From NCBI GenBank assembly GCA_031425235.1, contig JANPIZ010000008.1, forward strand, positions 91,377 to 155,376: a DNA stretch of 64,000 nucleotides, read 5' to 3'. Below are positions 49,594 to 58,725 of the stretch, in pieces (within the stretch, counting starts at the first letter, position 1; every line of letters begins with the position of its first letter). A program made the position numbers and the translations under genes. The stretch is from Candidatus Nomurabacteria bacterium (GTDB taxonomy: Bacteria > Patescibacteriota > Minisyncoccia > Phycocordibacterales > UBA9973). Under the pieces are notes generated by a model. That model was not told the DNA's origin and did no database searches. It saw only the letters and a list, made by a program, of their open reading frames with translations.

Positions 49594-50340
49594 ATGAAAA
49601 AAGTAAAAACAAAATTAATTCACGATATTCGAGCTGTAAAAAATAAAAAAGAACTTGCGAATATAATTAAAGCTCAAAGAATAAGTGAGCGAGTTTTGCT
49701 CGACGCCTTAAAATATTTAAAAGATGGAATTACTGAGCTCGAAGTAGAGGCTTTTATAAAAAAAGCTTTCGTAAAACATGGGGCGCCTATTTTATCATTT
49801 GCTCCAATTGTCGCCTTCGGTAAAAATACAGCAAACATTCACCACGTGCCAAATAAAACAAAACTGGAAGAAGGGGACTTGGTCATGTTCGACATCGGCA
49901 CGACAGTCAATCACTATTGTTCGGATATGACCCGTACCTTTTTCTGGGGCAAAGCACCAGAAGAAAAAAGAAAGAAGCAAATAAAAATTTACGAAGCCGT
50001 ACTGAAAGCACAGAACCTCGCCCTAGAAAAAATAAAGTCCGGCGAGCGAAGATGTGCGGTGATAGATAAGGTTGCCAGAGATTTTATAGCAAAGAAGTAT
50101 CCTGATAATTTTAAACATGGACTCGGGCATGGAGTAGGCACGGTGATCCACGAATGGCCAAATTTTAAGCCAAAAAGTGAGGATATAGTACCGGCAGGAT
50201 GTGTAATGACAGTTGAACCAGGAATTTATATAAAAGGTTTTGGGGGAGTGAGAATAGAAGATATGGTACTAATTACAAAAAGCGGTTATAAACATCTCAC
50301 AAAACTCCCGCGCGACTTAAAAAGTGCTTTTTTGAAATAA
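49594..50340 (+). CDS. M24 Xaa-Pro peptidase, catalytic domain only
   Basis: DIG..YCSDMTRT, HGLGHGVG, EPGIY, GVRIED. Confidence 0.92.
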   Translation: MKKVKTKLIHDIRAVKNKKELANIIKAQRISERVLLDALKYLKDGITELEVEAFIKKAFVKHGAPILSFAPIVAFGKNTANIHHVPNKTKLEEGDLVMFDIGTTVNHYCSDMTRTFFWGKAPEEKRKKQIKIYEAVLKAQNLALEKIKSGERRCAVIDKVARDFIAKKYPDNFKHGLGHGVGTVIHEWPNFKPKSEDIVPAGCVMTVEPGIYIKGFGGVRIEDMVLITKSGYKHLTKLPRDLKSAFLK

Positions 50341-50394
50341 AATTGTAATATATTTAGATATATGGTTATATAGATTTAGAGGAGGAATAGAAAT

Positions 50395-50577
50395 ATGTAT
50401 TGCATGAAGTGTCGTAGGAAAATTACTGAATCCTATGATGAAAAATGTCGCTGTGGATACAGTCACACTAGTATGGAGTGCGAGTGTGAAAAAGTAACGG
50501 AACCCTGTCCAAATTGCGGCAGTGGAAATTATTATTTAGGATCCTGCAGTAAATGCAGATATCCCCACGAACCATAA
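50395..50577 (+). CDS. Small Cys-rich (zinc-finger-like) hypothetical protein
   Basis: GAGGAGG SD, CxxC/CxC pairs, terminator hairpin at 50592-50617. Confidence 0.65.
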   Translation: MYCMKCRRKITESYDEKCRCGYSHTSMECECEKVTEPCPNCGSGNYYLGSCSKCRYPHEP

Positions 50578-50671
50578 ACCACCAACAAGGAGCCACCTAG
50601 CACTTGTAGGTGGTTTTCTCTTTTTAAGCTGATTTTTGCAAACTGAAAAAATTGGGAGTATACTTTAACTT

Positions 50672-51787
50672 ATGGTAAAGAAATTTATCCCGCCTAGGCG
50701 TGGGAAACTAAAAATTGGAGTTTTATTTGGAGGTAAGTCTGCTGAACATGAGGTTTCTCTCCAGTCCGCACGTAATGTAATCAATTCACTCGACCCGAAA
50801 AAATACGACATTGTACCCATAGGTATAAACAAGGAAGGCCGATGGCTTCTCAGTGATACATCTAATTATTTATTGAATAGCAATAACCCAAAACTGATAA
50901 AGTTAAATAGCTCAAGTAAAGAAGTAGCCCTGTATCCTCAAAATCAAGGTGCTTTGACTAATATCAATAATTCGAGCCTGAAAACAGTAGCACAGGTTGA
51001 TGTTGTCTTTCCTGTACTACACGGACCTTTTGGTGAAGATGGAAGTATCCAAGGACTTTTTAAAATTGCGGGTATACCCTTTGTCGGGCCGAGCGTGCTT
51101 GGCTCAGCTGTTGGCATGGACAAAGATATAATGAAACGACTTTTACGTGATGCGGGTGTTCCTATCGGAAAATTTAGAACAATATCCTCTGGAGAGAAAG
51201 TAAATTTTAACACTATAAAAAAAGAACTTGGACTGCCACTTTTTATTAAACCTGCAAATATGGGCTCATCTATTGGGGTCAGTAAAGTAAAAAATGAAGT
51301 TGAGTTCAAAAAAGCAATAAAAGAAGCCTTCCAATTTGATACCAAAGTAATCGTCGAAGAAAACATACAAGCACGAGAAATAGAATGTGCCGTACTCGGC
51401 AATGAGTATCCAATGGCTTCAGTCCCAGGTGAAATTATCGCAAATCAAGACTTTTATTCTTACGGCGCCAAATATATCGACGAAGGTTCAGTTGCGGAAA
51501 TTCCAGCAAAAATAGATAAAAAAACTACCAAAAAAATCCAAGAATTAGCTATCCAAACTTTTCAAGTTCTTGCGTGCGAAGGTATGGCTCGAGTTGATTT
51601 TTTTCTGACAAAGACTGGCAAGGTATACGTTAACGAAATAAATACAATCCCTGGTTTTACGAACATCAGCATGTACCCAAAGCTCTGGGAGGCGAGTGGT
51701 TTACCACAAGCAAAACTCATGGATAGGCTGATAGAGCTTGCTATTGAGCGCTTTGAGCGAGAACAGAAGTTAAAAACAAGCATGTAG
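50672..51787 (+). CDS. ddl: D-alanine--D-alanine ligase
   Basis: GGKSAEHEVS, LHGPFGEDG, NEINTIPGFT. Confidence 0.96.
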   Translation: MVKKFIPPRRGKLKIGVLFGGKSAEHEVSLQSARNVINSLDPKKYDIVPIGINKEGRWLLSDTSNYLLNSNNPKLIKLNSSSKEVALYPQNQGALTNINNSSLKTVAQVDVVFPVLHGPFGEDGSIQGLFKIAGIPFVGPSVLGSAVGMDKDIMKRLLRDAGVPIGKFRTISSGEKVNFNTIKKELGLPLFIKPANMGSSIGVSKVKNEVEFKKAIKEAFQFDTKVIVEENIQAREIECAVLGNEYPMASVPGEIIANQDFYSYGAKYIDEGSVAEIPAKIDKKTTKKIQELAIQTFQVLACEGMARVDFFLTKTGKVYVNEINTIPGFTNISMYPKLWEASGLPQAKLMDRLIELAIERFEREQKLKTSM

Positions 51788-51832
51788 TAAATAGTCTTGC
51801 TTTTTAAAGGATTTTATACTAATATAATAGGC

Positions 51833-51991
51833 ATGTCACAAGATAGACTTATAAAATTTGGCTGCACAGTGTGCAAGGAAATCAACTATATTTCAAGTAA
51901 AAACAAGAAGCTTGTAGTTAAAAAGCTTCAGTTGAACAAATTCTGCAAACGATGCCGAAAGCAAACTCCACACAAAGAACTCAAAAAATAG
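51833..51991 (+). CDS. rpmG: 50S ribosomal protein L33
   Basis: CTVC...NY...KN...LNKFCKRCRKQTPHKE. Confidence 0.93.
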   Translation: MSQDRLIKFGCTVCKEINYISSKNKKLVVKKLQLNKFCKRCRKQTPHKELKK

Positions 51992-52064
51992 ATTTTTGAC
52001 AGTTTTTCTGGTAAACTAACCCTGTTCATCAATGTGACAGGGTTTTGTTGTTTACAGTATATTC

Positions 52065-52138
52065 GGGCGATTAGTTTAGTGGCAGAACAACGGTCTCCAA
52101 AACCGTTGGCGGGAGTTCGATTCTCTCATCGCCCGCCA
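52065..52138 (+). tRNA. tRNA-Trp (CCA) with encoded 3' CCA
   Basis: Cloverleaf; ACGGT CT CCA AA ACCGT; ends CGCCCG-CCA. Confidence 0.95.
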
Positions 52139-52752
52139 TGCAAAATTTATTTGATATTCCATATTTAGTTACACATTTTGGATACATTGGTATCATTATT
52201 ATCGTATTTCTTGAGTCCGGCATATTTTTCCCTCTACCAGGCGACAGCCTTTTATTTACAGCCGGATTACTTGCTCCACAAATGGGCTTTAATGTTCTTA
52301 CCCTTACGTTTATTATATTCCTTGCAGCTTTTTTTGGGGGGATAGTAGGGTATTACATAGGCACAAAGCTCGACTTTTTATATCAATACCCATTTTTTAG
52401 AAAAATTTTCAAGAAAAAGTATACAGATGAGGCGCATGCGTTCTTAGAAAAACATGGTTTGTACGCCATGGTCATGGGACGGTTTGTACCAGTAGTGCGG
52501 ACTTTTTTACCGATAGTCGCTGGTATGGTGCGCATGGATTATGCTAAGTTCCTTCGCTATAACTTCCTCGGAGCTTTAGTGTGGTCTTCGGTTTTTGTGC
52601 TCGGTGGATATTTCCTCGGCCGATCGTTTCCGCAAATTCAACATTACTTGCTCTATGTCATGATAATTATAGTACTGCTTTCGCTTATACCAGGACTCGG
52701 ACACTTGGTAAAAAAGAAAACCAACGAAGCCCTCGACCACGCGGCCAAGTAA
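52138..52752 (+). CDS. dedA: DedA family protein
   Basis: FLESG..PLPGDSLLFTAG, GRFVPVVRTF. Confidence 0.93.
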   Translation: MQNLFDIPYLVTHFGYIGIIIIVFLESGIFFPLPGDSLLFTAGLLAPQMGFNVLTLTFIIFLAAFFGGIVGYYIGTKLDFLYQYPFFRKIFKKKYTDEAHAFLEKHGLYAMVMGRFVPVVRTFLPIVAGMVRMDYAKFLRYNFLGALVWSSVFVLGGYFLGRSFPQIQHYLLYVMIIIVLLSLIPGLGHLVKKKTNEALDHAAK

Positions 52753-52757
52753 TAAAC

Positions 52758-53645
52758 TTAAATTTTTTCTTTAAGAAATTCTTGGATTTTTTTGGATTCA
52801 AGAGAAGAAAACCATTTGATTTGTTTATCTCTTTTAAACCAAGTAATCTGGCGCTTCGAATACTTTATGGTTTCTATGATTACTCGCTCTGGTGTCGGTT
52901 TGTAATATTCAAAGCCAAACTCTTTTAACCTTTTATCTGACACACCCATCCCGCCTAGGTGAACAGGTTTTTTGAGCTTAGTTATTTCTTTTAGTAACCC
53001 TTGTTTAAACATTTGCCCCACTCTTTTAGTCACTTTTTTTTGCAGCTCTTCTGTCGGCAAAGTTAGGCCAATTTTAATAAATGTATACTTCGGTTTTAGT
53101 TCTTGAATTTTAGGGACTTTGCCTAAAGCTTTTGCTATCTCGATCGCTCGTACCAACCGAACTTTATTTTGCTGTTCATTTTTTTTGTCTATATCTTTTG
53201 CTCGCCTCTGGTCAAGTTTTTGCAACATTTTAAAAAGTTCTGCCTCTGTTTTGTGTTCTAGAATTTTCCTCAGTTTTACATTTGGTGGAACTTCAGGGAA
53301 AAATACCCCTTTAGTAATAGCATCAATATAAAAACCCGTACCTCCGCAAATGATTGGAGTTTTGCCTCGTGTTAAAATATCCTCAATTTTTTCTTCAGCA
53401 AGTTTTTTAAACTGGGCAACGGTGAATCTTTTTTTCGGTTTAGCGACATCAAGCAAGTAATGAGGCACGCCCTTCATTTCTTTCTTAGTTATTTTACCGG
53501 TCCCAATATCAAGGCCTGTGTATACTTGACGTGAATCAGCAGAGATAACTTCGCCGCGTACTTTTTTAGCAATTTGTACAGCGAGGTTACTTTTGCCTGT
53601 AGCTGTCTGACCCAATATTACAATGATTGTAGGTTTTTTCTTCAT
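52758..53645 (-). CDS. miaA: tRNA dimethylallyltransferase
   Basis: GQTATGKS, SADSRQVY, GGTGFY, KRQITWF. Confidence 0.96.
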   Translation of the reverse strand: MKKKPTIIVILGQTATGKSNLAVQIAKKVRGEVISADSRQVYTGLDIGTGKITKKEMKGVPHYLLDVAKPKKRFTVAQFKKLAEEKIEDILTRGKTPIICGGTGFYIDAITKGVFFPEVPPNVKLRKILEHKTEAELFKMLQKLDQRRAKDIDKKNEQQNKVRLVRAIEIAKALGKVPKIQELKPKYTFIKIGLTLPTEELQKKVTKRVGQMFKQGLLKEITKLKKPVHLGGMGVSDKRLKEFGFEYYKPTPERVIIETIKYSKRQITWFKRDKQIKWFSSLESKKIQEFLKEKI

Positions 53646-53714
53646 ATTTGCTTAAATTATGTGTATTGTTTACAATTTATATATTAAAACTTAAGTAGTT
53701 TAGCATAAAATCAT

Positions 53715-54137
53715 ATGGGTATCATAGATATGGAGAAAATGGAGTATTTTGAAAACAATAAACCAAAAAAAATTGAGGAAGATAAAAATAAGGAAAATGT
53801 AGTTGAGCGTGATTATTTAGAAGCTTGGAAAAAAGCTAAAGATGATGTAAAAGAAGATTCTTTTGTTAAATCTATTAATGTTCCACCAGCAAAAGGTGAT
53901 TATATAAAGAATGCTCAAATAATTCACATTATTGACTGGATTACAGAAATAGCTAAAACTAAATTAAAAGATAGAGCAGAAGTTCCTAAAGTTATGGACT
54001 TAAAAGTTTTAGAAGTAGATCCAAATACCTCAACTATAAAAATTCAATTGGAAACTAATATTAATGGAGAAATAATTAAAATTGAGACAGAAATAGAAAA
54101 AGCGAGACTTGAATGGTATGGTAAAAATGTTTATTAA
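53715..54137 (+). CDS. Hypothetical protein
   Basis: 140-aa AT-rich ORF filling the miaA-murA gap. Confidence 0.6.
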   Translation: MGIIDMEKMEYFENNKPKKIEEDKNKENVVERDYLEAWKKAKDDVKEDSFVKSINVPPAKGDYIKNAQIIHIIDWITEIAKTKLKDRAEVPKVMDLKVLEVDPNTSTIKIQLETNINGEIIKIETEIEKARLEWYGKNVY

Positions 54138-54142
54138 TTGTC

Positions 54143-55477
54143 TTACTTTAATATCTTTATATCTGCTCCAATAGAATTCAAACGTCGGACTATGTCTTCA
54201 TAGCCTCTATTTATCATATACACATTTCTTAAAATTGAAGTTCCGGGCGCTGCAAGCATGGATATGAGTATCACCATAGAAGGCCTTAGTGCCGGCGGGC
54301 AAACCACCTGAGCAGCTTTTAAATGCGTTCCACCCACAATATAAAGGCGGTGTGGATCCGCGAGAGTGATGTTTGCTCCCAGGCGATTGAGCTCTGTGAG
54401 ATATATAGCCCGATTTTCATAAACCCAATCGTGGATCATGCTCGTGCCTTTTGCTCTTATCGCAACAGGTACAAAGAAGGGAAGGTTGTCTATGTTTATT
54501 CCTGGGTAAGGATTTGAGTGGAGTTTGTCGTTTAGGGCTACCAGCTTACTAGGAAATATTTCTATGTCGGCAAGCTTGGTACGACCATTGTAAGAAAAAT
54601 AAGTTTTTGAAATTTTATATTTCAAATTCATTCGTTTCAATTTTTCAAGTTCTAGAGACAAGAAATCGATGGGCGCTCGAGTAATTTTTAAATGTGAGTC
54701 AGTAATAATTCCAGCTGATATAAACATCATGGACTCGATAGGGTCTTCACTGTTCCAATATTCTATGTTTTTATTTATTTCACTTACTCCATGCACAGTA
54801 AGCGTGGAGCTTCCTATGCCATCAATTTGGACACCTAGTGCTTCTAAGAAAAAACACACTTCTTGTACCATGTAATTTGCGCTCGCAAAGCTTATGATTG
54901 TCTTACCATTTACAAGAGCAGCGGCTGTAAGAACATTTTCACAAGCAGTGTCTCCAGATTCGTACATCACAATTTCACTCGGTTTTAATTTCTTCGCTGT
55001 GATGCCATAATTGTTTGTGTTTACTTTTATCTTTACTCCAAGTTTTTCGAGGGCATAAATGTGGGCAGCGATAGTGCGCTTGCCAAGGTTGCAACCCTGC
55101 GCGTGGGGGATTTGGAAAAATTGCATTTTATGTATCAAAGGTCCTATCAACATTACGATAGAGCGAGTTTTCACTGCAGACTCTACATTTATATTTTTTA
55201 GATTGAATTTTTTTGGGGGTTGTATAGTTAAAGTATTTGTATCTGTCCATTTTATTTTTACATCAATACTTTCTAGAATCTCGATTACTCTATACACTTC
55301 TTCAATGCGGGCTATGCCATGCAAGGTAGTGGTGCCGCTATTCAAAAGGGAAGCACAAAGAAGACCGACAGAGCCATTTTTTGAAAAGTTGGTTTGAATA
55401 CTCCCATGTAATTTTTTGCCACCATTCACTTGAAAATCAATTGAAGTTGGAGCCTTTTTTTTTATAATTTTGTCCAT
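54143..55477 (-). CDS. murA: UDP-GlcNAc 1-carboxyvinyltransferase
   Basis: SKN, GCNLGKR, PYPG, YENR, NRGYE. Confidence 0.93.
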   Translation of the reverse strand: MDKIIKKKAPTSIDFQVNGGKKLHGSIQTNFSKNGSVGLLCASLLNSGTTTLHGIARIEEVYRVIEILESIDVKIKWTDTNTLTIQPPKKFNLKNINVESAVKTRSIVMLIGPLIHKMQFFQIPHAQGCNLGKRTIAAHIYALEKLGVKIKVNTNNYGITAKKLKPSEIVMYESGDTACENVLTAAALVNGKTIISFASANYMVQEVCFFLEALGVQIDGIGSSTLTVHGVSEINKNIEYWNSEDPIESMMFISAGIITDSHLKITRAPIDFLSLELEKLKRMNLKYKISKTYFSYNGRTKLADIEIFPSKLVALNDKLHSNPYPGINIDNLPFFVPVAIRAKGTSMIHDWVYENRAIYLTELNRLGANITLADPHRLYIVGGTHLKAAQVVCPPALRPSMVILISMLAAPGTSILRNVYMINRGYEDIVRRLNSIGADIKILK

Positions 55478-55480
55478 TTT

Positions 55481-56011
55481 TTATTTAACTAATTGATTAA
55501 AAATTTCATCGACAGTTTCTTCTGCAGTTTGATTGCTCGAATCTATCACACACCAATCAAGTTCATCCTTTCGTAAACTGAATTTCTCATGTAGAAACAG
55601 ATTTCTTTTTTCCAATTTTTCACTTGCCCCTCCGCGACCATGAAAGCGCTCTAGAGTCACATCAAGGGAAGGCAAGAGCAGAAAAATATGTAAAGTGTGC
55701 CCTGGGAAAAATGCCTGAAATTTTTCTAACTTTGACTTTCCTGCCACATCGTCAATAAAAACATTAAAACCTGATTCGAGGAAATTTTTAGTTAAAATAC
55801 ATACGTTTTTAATATTTAGGTTTTGCTGTTCTTCATAGTTTTCTTCTCTTGGGCTAATATGTCCCCCTACAATCATTTTTCGAATGTGGTCAACTTTTAT
55901 GTATGCACTTTTTTCAAACTTTTCTGCTAGAGCTTTTGTAACAGAAGATTTACCTGCACCCATAGGTCCAGTTATGCAAACTATGAAAGGATGTTTATTA
56001 GACTTTTCCAT
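55481..56011 (-). CDS. P-loop small-molecule kinase (AAA_33-like)
   Basis: ITGPMGAGKS, VDHIR. Confidence 0.8.
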   Translation of the reverse strand: MEKSNKHPFIVCITGPMGAGKSSVTKALAEKFEKSAYIKVDHIRKMIVGGHISPREENYEEQQNLNIKNVCILTKNFLESGFNVFIDDVAGKSKLEKFQAFFPGHTLHIFLLLPSLDVTLERFHGRGGASEKLEKRNLFLHEKFSLRKDELDWCVIDSSNQTAEETVDEIFNQLVK

Positions 56012-56021
56012 TAATTATATG

Positions 56022-56105
56022 TGCCGCGGGAGAGAATCGAACTCTCATGAGGTTGCCCTCGATTGATTTTGAGTCAATTGCGTCTACCAATTCCGCCACC
56101 GCGGC
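56022..56105 (-). tRNA. tRNA-Leu (CAA)
   Basis: GCCGCGG...ATTGA CT CAA AA TCAAT, long variable arm, GTTCGATTC. Confidence 0.95.
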
Positions 56106-56190
56106 AGCTCAATACAATCCACACATTTTACACAAAATCTGCACTTTAATCAAATTATTAAAATAAAAACTTTTGTGTTAAAATATTCCC

Positions 56191-57195
56191 ATGAACACGA
56201 TATATTCCAATTCAATTTTCTGGATCGACACCGATAAAATCAAGCCAAACCCATACCAACCCCGACGGGACTTTGACGCTGCTCGGTTGCAGGATTTAGC
56301 TGACTCAATCAAGCAATACGGCGTCCTCCAACCCCTCACCGTATCGCGCGTCGAGCTCGAAATTGAAGGTGGAGGACTTAAAACTGAGTACGAACTTATC
56401 GCCGGTGAGCGCCGACTTCGGGCGGCGATGCTTGCTGGTGTATCGCAAGTACCAGCCATCATACGAACAGGTGATACAAGTATGATGAAACTCGAGCTCG
56501 CAATTATTGAAAATTTACAACGCGAAGATTTGAACGCAGTGGACAGAGCTCGCGCCTTTTACCGACTCGCCAATGAATTCAAATTTACTCATGCAGATAT
56601 AGCAAAGAAAATGGGTAAAAGTAGGGAATACGTATCTAATTCGCTCCGAATTTTAAATCTACCGGAAGAAATATTGAATGCATTGTCCGAAGGCAAACTC
56701 ACCGATGGTCATACTCGACCCCTCCTCATGCTCGTCGATCACCCACAAGAACAAATGGTACTTTTTAAAGAAATAGTATATAGAAAAATCACCGTCCGCG
56801 AAGCTGAAAAACTTGCCCGAAAAATAGCCTATGATCGTATTCGTAAGAAGGAATTTATGCCCGATCCAGAGATAATAGAGCTCGAAGAGGAATTTCAGGA
56901 AAAGCTCGGCACGCGTGTACACATAGACAGGCGAGAACTTGGTGGCCAAATCAAAATAGATTTCTTTTCTAATGAAGACCTACGTGAGATCCTCAAATTA
57001 ATTCAAAAATCAAACATCGCCGGAAGTGAAACGGCACTACCACCCCAAGCTACAATGTTAGAAAAACATATCGCAAGTACCGCACCAATAGGATCAGATG
57101 AAATTGCACTCGACACTCCACTTGATGATAGAAGTAAAGATGAGATAGAAAAAGATGACACTGACCTCTATAATATAACGAACTTTAGTGTTTAG
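56191..57195 (+). CDS. parB: ParB/Spo0J partition protein
   Basis: NPYQPRRDF, IAGERRLRA, IENLQREDL. Confidence 0.95.
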   Translation: MNTIYSNSIFWIDTDKIKPNPYQPRRDFDAARLQDLADSIKQYGVLQPLTVSRVELEIEGGGLKTEYELIAGERRLRAAMLAGVSQVPAIIRTGDTSMMKLELAIIENLQREDLNAVDRARAFYRLANEFKFTHADIAKKMGKSREYVSNSLRILNLPEEILNALSEGKLTDGHTRPLLMLVDHPQEQMVLFKEIVYRKITVREAEKLARKIAYDRIRKKEFMPDPEIIELEEEFQEKLGTRVHIDRRELGGQIKIDFFSNEDLREILKLIQKSNIAGSETALPPQATMLEKHIASTAPIGSDEIALDTPLDDRSKDEIEKDDTDLYNITNFSV

Positions 57196-57198
57196 TTT

Positions 57199-58665
57199 CT
57201 AACTACCGAAAGATTTCAATTTACTAAGCAAACTATGCTTTTCAAGATACGACTTGATATGCTTCCTGGCCATAGTAGTTTTCACGTAGTTAAGCCATTT
57301 GTTTGAAGGGTTAGAATTTTTGTTTATTATAATATTCACAATATCTCCATTTTTAAGTTTGGAAAATATCTGTGACATCTTGTCATTTATCTTTGCTCCT
57401 GAAGTATGATTACCGATATCAGAATGTATTGCATAGGCGAAGTCGATCGGAGTTGAATCTTCAGGTAAATCAACCACGTCGCCTCGCGGAGTAAATACGA
57501 AAATACGATCACTAAAGAAATCGATGTGCAGTCGCTCAATAAATTTTTTAGGCTGGCCAGGCGAATACTGGAGATTTTTCAAATCTTCGATCCATTGGAA
57601 TTTTAGTTTGCTAACATCTTTTTTCTTTTTACTACGCTCTTTGTACGCGAAGTGAGCCGCCACACCATATGTCGCTTCGTTGTGCATGTCTTCTGTTTTT
57701 ATCTGTATTTCTACGAAACTACCAGAGCCAGTAAAGACCGTAGTGTGCAATGATTGGTATCCATTTGGTTTTGGCAGGGCGATATAATCCTTGATACGAC
57801 CTGGTAAAGGAGTCCACATTGAATGAATAAGCCCCAGTACGCGGTAACACTCTTCTATATTTTCTACAACGACACGAAGCGCGACAACATCGTACACTTT
57901 ATTTATATCCATATCGTACTTCAAAAGTTTTTTGTAGAGACTATATTTATGTTTTACTCGATAGTCTATTTCAGTAAATTTTATTTTATTTTTTTCAAGT
58001 TCTTTTTTAAGTCGATCACTTACTTCCATTAAATTTCTCTGATACAACCCTTTGCTTTCTTTTAAAATTTCTTCCATCTCCTTATACTCTTTCGGGTATA
58101 CGTAGGGGAATGCGGCATCTTCTATTTCACCTTTTAATTTTCCCATCCCGAGTCGGTTGGCAAGGGGCGCATACACACTGATAGATTCGAGAGCTATGCG
58201 ACGACGTTTGTCTTCACGGACAAATTCTAATGTCTTCAAATTATGGAGCCGGTCAGCGAGTTTTATGATAACTACTCGCAGGTCGTTCGCCATTGCCATG
58301 AAAAATTTACGCAAACTCTCCACATGCCGCTCATACCCACTGTATTTTAGAGTCGAGAGTTTAGTTACACCTTTTATTAAAAATAAAATATCATCGTTAA
58401 ACTCTTTCTTGATTTGCTCTTCTGAGGTTTCGGTATCTTCTAAAACATCATGTAGCAACCCCGAAGCGATCGTTTGAGTATCCATGCCGAGAGCAGCGAG
58501 GGTTTTTGCTGTTTCAAAAGGGTGTACAAAATAAGGCTCACCTGAATTACGTTTTTGTCCTGCGTGAGCATTCTCGGCCACAATAAAAGCTTTTTTTATG
58601 AGCTCCTCATCTTTTTTATTAGCCTTGTTTGGCATGAGGCTTAGAATTTCTTTCACATCTGGCAT
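57199..58665 (-). CDS. RelA/SpoT homolog (HD, synthetase and TGS domains only)
   Basis: RNSGEPY, LLHDVLED, KPNGYQSLHT, DFAYAIHS. Confidence 0.93.
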   Translation of the reverse strand: MPDVKEILSLMPNKANKKDEELIKKAFIVAENAHAGQKRNSGEPYFVHPFETAKTLAALGMDTQTIASGLLHDVLEDTETSEEQIKKEFNDDILFLIKGVTKLSTLKYSGYERHVESLRKFFMAMANDLRVVIIKLADRLHNLKTLEFVREDKRRRIALESISVYAPLANRLGMGKLKGEIEDAAFPYVYPKEYKEMEEILKESKGLYQRNLMEVSDRLKKELEKNKIKFTEIDYRVKHKYSLYKKLLKYDMDINKVYDVVALRVVVENIEECYRVLGLIHSMWTPLPGRIKDYIALPKPNGYQSLHTTVFTGSGSFVEIQIKTEDMHNEATYGVAAHFAYKERSKKKKDVSKLKFQWIEDLKNLQYSPGQPKKFIERLHIDFFSDRIFVFTPRGDVVDLPEDSTPIDFAYAIHSDIGNHTSGAKINDKMSQIFSKLKNGDIVNIIINKNSNPSNKWLNYVKTTMARKHIKSYLEKHSLLSKLKSFGS

Positions 58666-58725
58666 AGATGCTATTTTAGCATTTCTAAGAGCTATTCACA
58701 AAAATAAACACGTTTTAAATTTGAG

